From positions 67,332,001-67,396,000 of the forward strand of contig OZ296656.1 of the NCBI GenBank assembly GCA_965655095.1: DNA of 64,000 nt, given 5' to 3'. Below, piece by piece: positions 13,901 through 27,900 of this stretch (position 1 is the first letter of the stretch; each line of letters begins with the position of its first letter). A model generated the notes under the pieces. The model saw nothing but the letters and a program-made list of their open reading frames with translations, made no database searches and was not told where the DNA came from. The DNA comes from Haplodiscus bocki (lineage: Eukaryota). Position numbers and translations under genes: made by a program.

Positions 13901-15789
13901 GTTGCTGACTATTAAGATTCCAACAATCGGATCAAAATCAATTGTTTTTTATCATATACTCATATACAAGCCTTTTGTTTTCGAATTGACCTTGATGGGT
14001 TAAATAAACTTGTTGATGTGGAGAAACATGGAGATATGTCAAAGCTAAATTCATTTTCGGGCGTTTCTGGTCTTTCAGAATTCCGTTGCTGGGAAAACAT
14101 CCTTGAATGTTTCTTAAAAAAACCTTCAGAAGCATCAAGCTTCTGACTCGGAATTTGCTGAAAGAAATCCATCCAGCATTTTTTGACTGGCAAGAATTTG
14201 GAAAAGGAGATCTTTTCAACTATAGTAGCGTTGTTTGGACTGTCCGGACTATCAGCGTTGAGAACTCAGGAAAAAATTTTCATTTTCCAAAAAAAATAGT
14301 CGTCTTCTACAAAACATTTTAGGTTGAGACCCTTATTAAAAACCTATGCTGGTGTTTTGGAGAAAAATTAGTTTGAATACCGACATATGTTGAAAACAGT
14401 AGCACTTTTTTGGATTTTTAGGTCTGCCAAGGCTCCGATGGAGCAAACATATCAGACGTTTTTCTTGACATTCAACGTTTTCACAAAAAAACGCCCATTA
14501 AGGCCTAAATGAGAAGATGAGAGTCTTCAGTAAAGTAGAATAGATGTTTTCAACGTCAAAAAAAGTGAATGCTGGTTGCACCTTTTGCCCTCCATCTATG
14601 TAGGGAATGCAAAACTGGAGGTTCCTGCAGAAACGTTTTCGAAGTGGATTTGTCTTTTTGAGTCCCAGAAAAACGAAAATATCAAAAACATTGATACTAA
14701 AGCAGAGAAAAGATCAAATATTTACATTTAATTGTCGTTAAAAGAAAAAAATATCAGAAATATTTTTCGGCCTGTTTAGGGAAGTCAAAAAATTTGCCCA
14801 AAGTAGCAACAAAATAAAAACAGAACAAGTTTATCTGTTGCTTCCGCAGAATGGATTTTTTTGAGAAAAGAGGATCAAACTCTCCCGAAAACTGTAGCTT
14901 TTGTTGATTGAGGAAGAGTTTTTTTTTTACCAAAGTTTATGAAAGCGTAAACGAATATCTGACAACTAGGGGAAAAATTGCCGACAGAAGGATTCTAAGC
15001 AGCTCCTTTTGGACTATCTAACATGTCGCACAAATGTGTCACAAAAACAACCGTCAATTCTGCAACACAAAGTCTGAGTGCCATGGTTAAGCTGAGGAAA
15101 AGAAAAAAACGTTCTCGCATGAGAAAAAGGATCACTCAAAAAATCTTTGGAACATGACAAAGCTTATTATCGTGCACCTATATGTCATTAGACATCAAGT
15201 GATTACAGTGAATAACCACTTAAGAATATTTATGTTCCTTTGGACAACAAAAACTACAGCAATGCTCAGGAATAAAATTTTGAAAGTCTTGATATATCCC
15301 ATCAAAAAGTACCCGCAGCAAATATCAGGAGAGGACATAGAACCACAATAGGTGCAGAAAACGTTCTTATTGCTTGCTTTTGGCAACAATGAGGTTGATT
15401 GAATGCTGGGGTGTCATAATAAACCCCAATACAAACAGAAAACTCTGAACAAATTTCGGAGTTTCTCAATTTTTAGTATTTTTCAAGCTAGTGAAACTAA
15501 GATACCTCACAAAGCCCACTAATTGTTTTTTCAATTTGGCAGGAATAATGTTGGGTGCAAGCCAAAGTCAGATGATTGGTTAGTGAAAATCGTAAAATTC
15601 GAAAAGCAGGACTTCTTATGTCTTATGCATACCAGGAATGACGTGTTACAGCATTAGTTTTTTTCGAAGTTCTCTGCAGTGTCGTCGAAAATTTTACTCG
15701 GTATCGTATTGCTTTTGCAATAGTCCGTTTCCAAAAACAGGATATCTGATCAAAATATCCAAGTGCTGGAGCAAAAGAAGTAATGGATC

Positions 15790-15910
15790 GAAGGAAGGAA
15801 TGGAAGAAGGAAGGAATAAAGGAAGGAAGGAAGGAAGGAAGGAAGGAAGGAAGGAAGGAAGGAAGGTAGGAAAGAAGGAAGGAATGACGGGAGGAAGGAA
15901 GGATGGATGT
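15790..15910. repeat. (GGAA)n microsatellite
   Basis: Directly visible ggaa tandem array with degenerate edges. Confidence 0.95.
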
Positions 15911-17033
15911 ATAGATGGAATGAAGCAGGCAGTGCCGTCTTATAAAACTTTGATATAATGAATCAGGAATTGGCAGAACGTCGGAGAGCAAAGGAAACTA
16001 TTGATTTGAACAATTTACTTGTACGCGGTATAACACAGGAAAAAACAAAAGTGAGGAAAAATGACTGAAATCGAACGAAAGTTGTTGTGCTTGGTTTTGA
16101 TAAAAAATAACCTGCAATAGTTCCATCTAAACTTTTGAGTCTGCAGAAGTTTTTTTTTTCAACATCATTCCATCCGAGATTTCATGCTGCTCCAAAATCT
16201 TTGATTTTTCCGATTTCATCAGCTTAAAATACATATTCTGCTATTTTGCATTTTCGGACGCAGTTTGCGAAATAGGTTGTTTTCTTACTCCCCTAACGTA
16301 TTTTCCTGAATATAGGCCTTAGCGGAATTTAAGACCCAGATTTTTCCCTAACATTTTTCTTTAGTCTAAGGGTATGAGACACCTGCAATTCTCAATCATT
16401 TCTCAAGCTGAAGAATTTTCTTGTAAATACCATCATTCAAATTTTGCGACATGATTGTACAGGTTTTTCTCAGGATAAGCTTGTTTAGAAAAACATAGTA
16501 TAAATTTGAGAAGCGCGAAAATTGTTATCTTGTTGTTTTGTTCTCAAGGGGTCTTTTAACGCAGAAAAGTATGTAATGTAGTCTTTTAAAAGTCGGCACA
16601 ATCTTCGACCCAACCAAGATTTCCATTCTGGATATCTGTGAACAATTTATCGTTTTCAAATGACAGGTCAAGGTTTACAAGCTCTGATTTTCTCAGCTTC
16701 AAATAATGACTTCTGATTCGCAATGCATAATCAAGCAAATTGTTTATCTGAATAAACCAGAAACCGGACGACTAAATGCAAAAAGTGGTATTGTTTCTTC
16801 AAGTTATGATATAAAAAAGCGGTATGTACCTTTCATCGGACTGTCCTGAGCTGAAAACCTCTCAAATTATTATTCAAGTAGAAAATCAAATTTTAATCAC
16901 TGAGCACTCAGCGAATTGTGAAAAGTTATTCATTATTTTTTATTCAAGCATACTGAAGCTTACTTAATTACTTTTGAAGCTAAGTTGACGTTTCCAAATC
17001 ATCATAAACGCAAAACATTTCTGGCTTCTCTTA

Positions 17034-17308
17034 CACTATAAAACTGACACGCGCAAAATTGCCTGAGATGGCCACAGATAAAGCGTTGCGAAGATGAATT
17101 TACCTGTGAAATGCCTGCTTTTTGAGGCAAATTTACCTGAGTGGATTCTGCGTGAGTTCTGCCTGAGGTGCTTGCAGAAATTTACATTTTTTTTGCGGGT
17201 AAAATGCATGTAACGCAAGCAAACTGCATGTGGGGTCCCCTCACATACGGTCCTCAGTTAAAGTTATCTGCGTTTACAGGTAATTTTTCACACATCAGTT
17301 TTACAGTG
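17034..17308. mobile_element. MITE / non-autonomous DNA transposon with ~45-bp imperfect TIRs and flanking TA
   Basis: Left end ta|CACTATAAAACTGACACGCGCAAAATTGCCTG. Right end CAGGTAATTTTTCACACATCAGTTTTACAGTG|ta. The two ends are imperfect reverse complements, with TA on both sides. Confidence 0.85.
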
Positions 17309-17580
17309 TAGTTAAAATTATAATTATCATCTACCTTCAATATATTCCAGTAGAGATTTTCGCCCAATCCTCTATTCCAGATATTTTTGTTTCTTATTGG
17401 TTGTGTTTAAGTGCCGGACACTTTCAGCGTGAAAAAAGTGTTGGGTAGTCTGAATACCGGAGTCGAATAATTTTGATGGACCTTTGAACAGAGGCATTGT
17501 TACTGGATTCGACCCTGAAACTTTTGACTCATCACGCAAAAACATTTTGAAGAAAAATCGAATCAAGATATGATGGATGC

Positions 17581-17700
17581 TTTTGCTACGAAATTGCGGT
17601 TTCCTCCGCTGTTTTTTTAAAGAAACTCGGGTTTCCTCAGCTATTTTGCCACGAAAGTCCGTCGTCCTCTGCTACTTTGCTGCGAAATACGAGGAACTTT
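17581..17700. repeat. Degenerate ~29-30-bp minisatellite (about 4 units)
   Basis: Units like ttttgctacgaaattgcggtttcctccgct / ttttgccacgaaagtccgtcgtcctctgct. Confidence 0.7.
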
Positions 17701-18389
17701 CATCTTTTTTTTAAATGTGGCTTTATCGAAAAAAATCTGACACATGTTCGACCCGGGTAAAGTTAAAAGATTATCAATAGCTTCTACTGTCAATTTTTAA
17801 CTTCCAGATCTTCCAGAAGACAACATTACTATGCAACCTTCAAGGATGCTGTAAGCTCAATTTTATCATATTAAGCGATTTTTAATGGCTGTGTTCCTTA
17901 AAGTAAGACCACTGGTAATTTTTTTCGTGACTCTCATGAAACACGACCACTGGATAGTTTTGATGATTTTTTGGCTCTTCCTTGTCATACAATTTCCCAA
18001 ATTACATAACCGATCCAAGTTTGAGTAAAATAAATGGTTGGGACTTGCAAGAGCATCAGTCGGTCATCCAGGCATTTCGAAGAGCAGGAAACAATTTTTT
18101 TTTCGACAGCAGGAAGAATTCGCATCAATCAGGTAAAAACCAGTCAAAAAATTAGTTTTTGATTGAAAAAGGCAAATGATCTATAACTTGGAAAAAAAGC
18201 GGAAAAAATCAGCGCTGCCCGTGCGGCTCAACATAGGTAAGTAGGGGGGAGGAGGATATCACGAGAACTTTGTTTTGGAAAAAAATTGTATTGGTATTTT
18301 TGCTATTTTAGGTTTCTGTAGGTTTCGTGATTTTGGGATTTTTGTATTTTTCTACATACTATATTACGTTCTGGGCTTTTAGTGCGCTT

Positions 18390-20505
18390 GCCTGGACGGT
18401 TGAAGGCCTACGACCCCAATACTGAACTGTAGGAATTTTGTAGAAACTGATCAATTTCAGAGGTCTTTGATAAACAAAAGCATAAATAAATGTCATCGTA
18501 ATCTTCGGGAATTTTTTATTCTAAACTTGAAAAGAGTCTCAACTAGATATAAAAGCACTGTTTTGTCTTGTATTATACACTTATGAGCCCCCTCTGCTCG
18601 GAACCTTTTTGCGTACGCTCAAAAAATAACGAAAATCAGTATTACAGAAAAAGACGATTTTGAATCTTGCAGCAGTTAAAAGTAAAAATTTTTAGAAACC
18701 CGTGCCATTCAATGCACTCACTTCCTTTGCTTCTAAAAAAATTTCAAAAAAAGTTTTCAAGATCTGAATTGGTCTTTCATTAAGTACTTGTAGCATTCAG
18801 CATTGAGAATGATCATCGTATATTAGGTAAAATTGTTATGACCTTCACGAAAGCAGAAAAATTAATTTTTACAACACCAGCTAAAATAGACGTTTGCAGT
18901 GACTACTACACTGAGAAAATGTCACAGCACATCTGCGAAGCCTGCAGTCAGAGATTTCCACAGGAAAGAACATTCCCACACCCTAAGGGAAATCAATGAG
19001 TTCGAACTTGAAACAATAGATTTTATTTTAATGATTTTCCTAACTCTCAGATGAGTAATCCGAAAAAACACGGATCATCGTTTTGAACTGATACAGACTA
19101 GGAGAGAAATGTAACGGAACATACAGTCATTCAAAGAGTTTTTCACAATAAAGGCTATATTTTTCTTTTGATTTATTTATATTTCTTACAAACCCACTTT
19201 CAAAATTTGATTAAATGATGTGCTGTATTACTAATATTTCAAAGTTCTTTGACCTAGAAAGCAGTATCACTGTGAAATAGCAAAACAGATTCTAGGAGGG
19301 AAAAAATGTTCCCATACGTGTTCCGTCGCTTCTAGTTTGATAACCTCACAGTCATTTCCATCTAATAATAGATTGCTAGCACGCCTTGTTGAGAAAGTTG
19401 ATTATGGAACATTTTCGTATTCCCTCTGTCTGTACTTCAAAGCTGCCTGGACAGTTGAAAGCCTACGACCCCAATACTAAACTGTTGAACTTTTGTAGAA
19501 AATCATCAATTTCAGAGGTCCTTGGCAAACAGAAGCAAAAACAAATGTCAACGTAATCTTCGGGAAGTATTTCCTCCTAAAATGAAAAGAGTCTCAATTA
19601 GAAATGAAAGCACTGTTATGTCCTGTAATGCACACCTGAGAACCCCCTCTGCTCGGTGCCCTTTCGCGCACGCTCCAAAAATCACAAAAAACAGTATTAT
19701 AAAAAAAACATTTTGGATCCTGCAGCAGTTAAAAGTAAAAAAATTTACAAACCCGTGCAAATCATTGCACTCACTTCCTTTGTTTATGACAAAATTTCGA
19801 GATAAAAGTCTTCAAGATCTGATTTTGTTTTTATACAAAACTTGTAGCATTCAGCATTGAGAATGGTCATCGTAAATTAGGTGAAATTGTTGAGACCTTC
19901 ACGAAAAAAGAAAATTTAACTTTTACAGCACCAGCCAAAATAGACTTTTGCAGTGACTACTACACTGAGAGTGTGTCGCAGCACATCTGCGAAGCCTGCA
20001 GTCGGAGAATTCCACAAGAAAGAACATCTCCACATCCTCAGGGAAATCAATGACTGCATACTTAAAACGAAAGACTTTACCCTCAAGATTTCTTAACTCT
20101 CATGTAAAAATTTCGTGAAAATACGGATCACCATACTAAACTGATACAAACTAGGAGAGAAACGTAACGGAACAAACAGATCTTCACATAGTTTATCAGA
20201 TTAAAGGTGCTATTTTTTTAATTTATCTATATTTCCTAAAAAATCACTTTCCTATTTTGATTGATTGATTTTTCCTGTAATACTAATAATTCAGAAAAAT
20301 AGATAAACTTTTGAGCTAGGAAGCAGTATCTCTGTAGAAAAACAAAACCGACTCTAGGAGTGAATAATTGTCCCATACGCGTTCCGTACCTACTAGTTTA
20401 GTGACGTCACAGTCATTCCAACTAATAATAGAATGCTAACACGCCGTGCTGAGAAAGCTGACTACGGGACGGTTTCGCATTCCCTCCGTCTTGCTTCATA
20501 GCTGC
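18390..20505 (+). repeat. Direct tandem duplication, period about 1055 bp
   Basis: gcctggacggttgaaggcctacgacccc at 18390 recurs as gcctggacagttgaaagcctacgacccc at 19445. The units are colinear throughout, roughly 80-88% identical by eye. Confidence 0.95.
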
Positions 20506-21617
20506 ACGCCTACACTCAGTGCCACAAGTGAACATGGAACTGTTCCGGAACCGACTAGTTGGTTTGAAGAACAGAAGAGGAAGTTCCCGGTTTGTACATA
20601 GTATCTAACTAGTTTCGCTCTATTTTCACTATTACATTTCCGTTAAGTCAGAAAATGTATTCTTCCTTGTTTAAAGCAATAAAAAACCATGTTCATTTGT
20701 TACTAGTAATTCATTTTCATCTGAATCTTAAATTTCAACGTTTTTTCGCCTTTTCGGTTACGGAAAGCCTATTCTATGGTTTCTTTTTAGTATTTTTCAT
20801 GCCGGCGCGGGAAAGAGCAATTACATACCCCTTTACGGCGTTTCAGGCTAGTACAACTCCTGTCGAATGATGAAAAGCGAGGGGCCTATATGGAAATAAA
20901 ATAACAGAAAACTGTTTATTTCCCGCAAAATCGGCACTTTCATTTTGCAAATATTATGACTGAAGTACTTTCTCCTACTTTGTACCTTAACTGGGCGTGT
21001 CAACATCCATTTTTCCCACCCAGGAAAAGGTTCGAATAGAAAAAAAACCAATGTAAGGAAGAGAAGAAAATTATCTGTACCGATTGTAGCTCTTCGAAAT
21101 ATTGTTGACTGACGATATCCTACAGTTTCTTCTTTTCCCAAGTTGGAATTGAAAAAAAAAGAAAATAATTCAATCTTCAACACTATTAAACTAATTTCGA
21201 GTTCGAAATGGCACCACTCAGGCTTTAGAGAAAGTTGGCAGCAACTGCTGTAGAAAGTTAGGAAGAACACCCGGGGAAAAACCAGTCACAAGCACAAACG
21301 TTCCTAGAACTAAAGAGGAATTTAATTGTCCTCAAGACAGAAAAAATAGACGACAGGGTGACAAAGAAACTGCTTCAAGATCAGTAGGACAAAGAAGCTA
21401 ACTTCAGGCGCTTTTGATAATTTAGACGAATATTTCTTTAAACACAAATTTTGAACTGTACCGTGAAGATCTTGGAATTCCAATAAAGAAAACCAGGAAC
21501 TAAACGAGGACCATTGCCAGAATGATCCTTCTCCCGAAGTAGGTACCTGAATTAGGTACCTCATCTACCGGTCATCTCAATTTATGAATTCAGAACCAGA
21601 TGAAGCATCTTTTGACG
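19950..21617 (+). mobile_element. Solo-LTR-like segment (copy A) of a retrotransposon family, including a decayed ORF start
   Basis: Colinear homology to 33817-35503: tctgcgaagcctg, gttccgt..actagtttagtgacgtcac, atggca...aaagttggcagca, ccagaatgatcct. No pol follows. Confidence 0.55.
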
Positions 21618-24259
21618 AATTTTTGAGAAACTAGTCCACAGTGACTTTTTACTGGTTACTTTTTTGACGTGACTCCTCAATCTCTCAGAATGCTTAAGAT
21701 ATTGCCCAATCATCAATCTCTGAAACTGTCTCTTAAAAAATGAATACTTGGGCAAAAATTTTTCCGTTTTGAGGTTTTTCCAAAAATCTTTCTCTCAGTA
21801 TGCAGACTTTTTCCTCTAGAAATTAGAAATTAGTCAATACTGCCTGAACGTTTGAAAAAAAGCAAAAATCCACACGTTCATTTGGACAAGTAAAAAGCTG
21901 TTTCGGCAAACTTTTCGCTCAAAGTCCCAATGTGTTATCAATTTGTCAGTTTTTCCGAGCAATTTGTCACCAAATTTTCCTCTAGGCACGTACCATGTAT
22001 TTTTGGCAACACTTCTAGAACATTTTTGATGAATGCTCCCAGTCCGAAAAAACCAATATCTTCATATTTGTTTCCAAACACCAAAATGTTCTCCGAGACA
22101 TGTGAAAAATGCAGTTTTGATAACTTTACCATCATTAAAAAAATTGATCTCTTAAAAATTTTCATGGAAAGTCGCTCAAAATTTTAATCTATACATGTAG
22201 ATATCAGTTATGAAAGCACCAGATTTTATTTGATTTTGTACTTGGTGTGTCATGAGCGGGCCGCCTCGCACCTTATGGTCCCTATGCTTTTCACATCAGC
22301 ACTTTCCTTTTGAGCCTTTTCTGATCCACCGTTGACGGAAAATTTGGCACCGCCGCCAGGCCTTTTGTCTTATTTTTTGAACTAACATTTTGCTGAATAA
22401 CTGCCAAGAACTGAGATTCAAGATTTTCGCAATTTTGCCTAACTAATCAGTATGATTTACGAAAAATACAGAGGAGCAAAATGAGTCCAGTTCAACCAGT
22501 TTTCGAAAAAAATTCGAGAAAAATCGATAAAAATGTTTTCCTAAGCAACTTGAGGTGATTGTTACCTTTCTCTCGTGTCAGCCATCCCTATGTGAGCAAA
22601 CTGACATTGCAGGTGCGTCTGGATTTTTCCTGAAAAAAAAATGATTTCCTTGTTTTAAGGGAAACCAGACCAATGAATCTGAAAGAATTTCAAACCTGCT
22701 ACATAAGCTGCTGAGACTAATTAATGTGACAAAATAAAACTCAGGTTCAAGTTTTTTGAAACACACTCTCTGTTTTTTTTAGCCTTAAAACAGCTTTCAC
22801 TTCAACATAGATGACAGGATAATTTAAAAAAGCGTTGTCATTTTGCCAATATATAAAATATTTATACTCTTGGAAATCTTGACCACTTCATCGGAAGTAT
22901 TTTAACAGCTCACACCAACAATCACTTCTCATTTCATTTAATTTAAATTTTCTCTAAACTGTCAATAGTTATAGTCAAATGAACTAAAAGATGCTCAATC
23001 AGAGGAATTTTAACCTCATTCTTTATTCATTGGAGACTTTAAATTGGTAAATACTTTCTCAAGCGAGGAAAGAAAACTTTTTTTACACCAAAGGAATAGT
23101 TGCATTTTCAAAATTCATGTCCTCTGTTTCAAATTTGATAAGTTAATCATCAAGATCAAAATTTTAACCTTGTATTTACACAAAAAATCACTGAAACTCA
23201 TCACCAATTTGACTTCCTCTGTTTGACCAATTAAAACCAAGTTCGAGTTTTCAATAAAATGAGTATCGCCATCAGTAATAGCAAACAGAAAAGCATTTTG
23301 TTAGCGACAAAAATTATCTTCGAAGATTAGTACTGACTGAAAATCTTCATCACTAGTTTTTTTTTCTTGGCTAGGTGAGTCACTGTCATCAAATAAATCA
23401 AAAATTGAACTAGGTGAAGATAAAATATCTGTACATCGGATCACCAGGAAAATTCTGAAATTGATTAGGCTCACGGTTCCACGAAATCGAAAAAAAATCC
23501 TTAGTATCATTTACTTTCCACTTTTCGCCTTGAAGTTTTATCACCAATAAACAAATTTCGATGTAATCATTGAATTCCTCACGTGCTAGCCACTTTATAA
23601 TCTTCCTTGCTGTCTTAAAAACTTCATAGATGGCAGTAGTAGTATCACGTTAGAAATTATTCATTCACCCTTCAGATTCCGTTGCCCTACTCTGTTCTAT
23701 ATGTTTCATAAAAACACTCCTAACGTACCTCTTTTCTTTAAGGTTATGGCCTTAACAATTAATTTTTTGTCTCAAATACGAATTCCTTAAATTTTGAATT
23801 TTCACAACCTGCTTAAGCACATCTAATACTAAATGCACTGACAATTTTTCATGTTTTTTTATTTGTTCAACTGATGTCTCAGGTGTTAACTTTCTGATAA
23901 ATCTTCTTCTATTGTTATACTTCTATTGATAATCACTTCTCATCTCATTAGGCTAACAAAAGCCACATTCATGAAGTTAACTTTGGGTGTCCCCACTATC
24001 TCCACAATTTGGGTTTGTGCACTATTTGCATCATTTAGGCGCAAAATATCATCATTTAGTTCTACAGCATTCATTTTTCCGGAACATCTGCACGGTGCGT
24101 ATGTTCACCTGTAAGCTTTGACGATTATAGTAATACCTGTTGTTGCTGAAGTCTCCCATCATAAACAATGAAACTTTTGTTTATGTCTTCTTTCTTGATT
24201 TTAAATTTAAAAAATTCCCTAATTAACATCAATAATTCGAAAGCTGTTTCTCAAAACCA

Positions 24260-24990
24260 TTTCGGCTTCATTAATGTTGTTCTTTCTAACGAAGTTTCAA
24301 TGTAACGCTCAGGTGTGTTATCTATATGAAAACTAGGATTTGTATCATCAAGTCAAGGCGGCTTTTTGATGAATTTTAGCTTCTTTTAATTGATTAACTA
24401 TAAGAAGATTTGGTTCAATTTTCAGAAAATCTAACATAGTATGCTTGTTTCTCAAGGGTTTTAGTTACTTCCAATTATCTTCTAAAGGGTAATTTGTTCT
24501 TTTGTCAAAAACTCTGAGTGATGCTTTAATGGTTGTCATTCTTATTGAATGTGGATTTTTGTTGCTTTGCACGTTTAGTTATCTTTTATCCTCCACTTAC
24601 CCGTTTCTCAAAACGTTTTTGAAACATATTCTTTTCAATGACATTTCTAGTTTGAATATGTTGTTCCTTGTATAGCGGCAAGTGACGTCTCAGATCATTT
24701 TGTTTCAGAAAATGACCTGATGTTTCCTAATAATTCTCTCCAGCATCAGTAATGATTATGTTAGGTTTCCTTTTCCATTTCTAACCAATTTCAAGGAAAG
24801 CATCTAAAGGTTTTGCGCATGGTTACTTCTCGATGGTTCTTTATAACCAAACACACTAGGGGTTAAATTAGCTTTTGTGATGTATCGAAAACCTCGGTTG
24901 GTTTTCCCAATAGTCGGTAATTTTTTCAAAACCATGAATTCGTGAATCATTGATGTGCTTAGCAACTGTTTTATTATAAGATCAAATCAT
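24260..24990 (-). pseudogene. Polinton-type retroviral-like (DDE) integrase remnant
   Basis: Minus strand gives ...WKRKPNIIITDAGENY...HFLKQND...HSIRMTTIKAS...DDTNPSFHIDNTPERY. These match the KRKPxxIxTDxGxEF and HSxxxMTP motifs of Polinton integrases. Frameshifted. Confidence 0.7.
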
Positions 24991-26399
24991 ATTTGGAGCT
25001 CTTCGAAAGTTTCTTATAATTACCTTTGTGATGAGGAACCGGTGCAGGATTTACTTTTTGATTCCGTCTTCGAGTTTCTGCATGATTTTAAAATTGCAAG
25101 AATTCACAACAGTAGTAGCTGCTCTACAATCCCTAAAAACCGTCAAATCAAAGCAGAAGTGTTTCACTAAGTTTTTTTCTAGTATGCAATTTCTGAATTG
25201 GGCTTCTCTTATACTCACTCTGAATTTTCCTCTAAAGAGTCGAAAAGTTGTACAGGATCCTTGATCTCAAATTCTTCCTCCTTCAGAATGAAAATTTTCC
25301 CGTCATTCCCGAAGTTATTAAAAAAAACCAATCGCAATTTGTACGAGCTTTCTGTAGGTGCTTGCGAAGCCTTGACCAGAACGTTCTTGACTGTGATCCA
25401 TTCTTCGACATTTCAAATCAGGGTTCCTCCGAAGACCGCAGCTTTCTTTTGCATGACACTTCTCTGTAATTGTTTCAGAGAAATGGTCAATCATTAACTT
25501 AGTGACCTTGGTACCACGCTAAAACGTCTTGTAGTCTGTTGTCGAATCGAGTTCTTTGTTCATATTTCAAGACTTTCCGATGAATTTCAAAATCTGGTTT
25601 TTATGAACAAAAACTGGCTGACTGCGTGGTCATACCATGCTTTGCCTACTTCAAACATAACTTAGGCTTGGGTTTGCGCTGTATTTTTTGCCGTTTGCGG
25701 TCTTCTGTGCCATGTGTCTGTATCAAACTCGAACTCCCAAAATTCCGGTCGACAATGTCAAAAACGCGTCATCATCGCTTCAACACTCGGGTGTTTGGTT
25801 ATTGGTCCCTCGTTTTTTTTTCGGATTGTAGTCTGCAATTGATGCCTTTTATGACTCGAACAATTTGTTCCTTTTCTTGAAAGGGAAAGTTTGGAAAGGC
25901 TAGTACGTTAAACATCTTAACACTCAAGTTTTTCTGCATACAATCCGTGTGCCATTGATTGGCGAAAATCTCTCGTTTTCTGCTTAGTTTCATTGGCTGT
26001 TTTCTGGCGTATCTGTTCTAAAACGACGGTGGATTTCCACATTCATTTGCTGTACACCAACTTGTTAACTTTTCACTTCTGGCAAATTGAGTCTATCCAG
26101 TGGTCTCCTTCTTGCTTTATAATATTCAGTCGTACATTTTTAATGTTTTTCAAACTGGGTCCTTTAAGTGGAGTAGTTATTAGCGAGACCAAGGTCATCT
26201 CAAATTTTTGCACAAAAACCAGGAAATAATTTCGATTTGTCTCTGGGGTCTTTACATCTTGTGTATATCACTTAATTATACAGTCAAGAATTGCTGTTAA
26301 AGAGTATCACTTTTTTCTACATTTCGTACTCAGTATCACCACGTCACAAATCCTGTGATCTGAGAGAGATATGTTTTTCAAAACATCCCATGTAATTCA

Positions 26400-27900
26400 T
26401 GTCAGATTGTGTCTCATATCGTACCTCGAGGTTTAGTCGGCTCATTTTTTGTATTCTTCTCTTCAAGTCTGGGATTTTTGGTCACCCTCCCTCCAGTCAG
26501 TTAAATATTCTGTAGATTTGTTATCCAGATTCGTTCTTTTGCTCGAAGACTTCTCCAAGCAAATTACATCGGCATCGTTCAAGTTATTGTTTCTTGGAAA
26601 TTGGGCCTCGGAAAATACAAAACGTCCTGGATTTTCACATCGTTTGGAAGTTTGAAATATACCAAAAAATAACTTCTTTTTTCTGCCGTGAGAAGGGGGA
26701 AAAGTCATCCCTGCTGAAGACGGGTTGAGTGGTGCCACCATCTTTGACTACGGTTCTATTTTCATTCGTCTTCTGAGCACACTTCTGAAACTTCAATAAT
26801 CCTTTCATAGATTCTTGAGTCTCAATTTTTCTACAGTCACTTTGTTCGTTAGTTGAAAAGTACGAACAAATCTCCAGGGTTTTCCATTGAGAAGCAGTTT
26901 TTGAAAAAAATGTGACTTTAACAGATTTCAGTGTTTGAAAAGCGTGCACGTGCTGGGTAAATTTTTTTGTGCAACACCCAGCAATTGTACTCTCAGAATC
27001 AGCTGAGTGTTGGGGTTAGTTTGAGTCTGAAAATGCAGTTTCCTTGCAAATTGTACGTTAAGCCTTAATACGGTCTTCAAATTTGAGATTTTCATTTGAA
27101 AGGCACGTCCTTCACTGGTGTAAACAAAACGAAACTTGTCAAAAAAAGTCTGATTCCTCACAATTGCTCAGTGTCTTTTCTTCGTCAGATAAAAATCAAA
27201 CAAAAAGTTTTTGGTTGTTACATCAAGGAGAACTGTTTTGAGTTCTTTCGAAATATGATGCCATTTCATTGATTCTGGAACCACTCAACAGTTCAACTTT
27301 TGGCTATCGGAGGTCACTGTCATATGCTCACCAAAAAAATCAAATTCTTCTCGTAGCTCGCTTGAGTGCAAGCTGGACTGTCTGAAATAACAAACTGGTA
27401 AATCTTACGGGGCTCCAAAAATCGTATGTTGAACCAAATGGGCCAAAAAAATTGATCCTGTTGGCTAGTCTTACGGGCCCAATCTTGTGCAGAAACACAA
27501 TGCAGTTTGCAGTACCTCGCGGTTTGTTTTCGGAAAGTTTTCCTCACCCAGGGTCTCGACCTAATTGAGATTGATCCGACTCCCGAATTCTTGGGTTGCA
27601 GGTCGACTATGCTAAGGTTATGCTCAACTGAATATTTGGAGTCTATTTTTTTCTGAGCAGATATAACGTGGGAAAGGCCACAAACAGTATCAAAAAGATA
27701 TGAAATTTTTGAAGACAAGCTCTTTGATATCCCCAACAAACAGTATCTACTCGCAACCCGTGAGCAGGTTTGGGAATTTCACTTTTATACTGATGCTGAA
27801 ATCGTTGAAAATGGAGTGGCAACTTGTGAGTTTCTGTCCGACAGATCTGAAACCTGGAAGGCGAGCAGATATTCGGTCATTCATTTCGGATAAGTTCTCA
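26400..27900 (-). pseudogene. Highly decayed Ty3/Gypsy-like pol (RT, RNase H, integrase order)
   Basis: TVCGLSHVISAQKKIDS (cf. PFGL.NAP..FQ..MD), HCVSAQ (cf. GH.VS), RFLE...YQFVI (cf. FLG...Y.RFI), RNase H-like ELLS...KWHH at ~27255-27295, then an integrase-like WREGDQKSQT. Domain order fits Gypsy. Catalytic YxDD is not preserved. Confidence 0.45.

Noticed and set aside
15623-15991. ORFs with (LPSF)n and (GRKE)n
   Set aside because: Translations of the GGAA microsatellite.
17581-17700. CRISPR-like array
   Set aside because: Units are contiguous and degenerate with no unique spacers and no cas genes; eukaryotic context.
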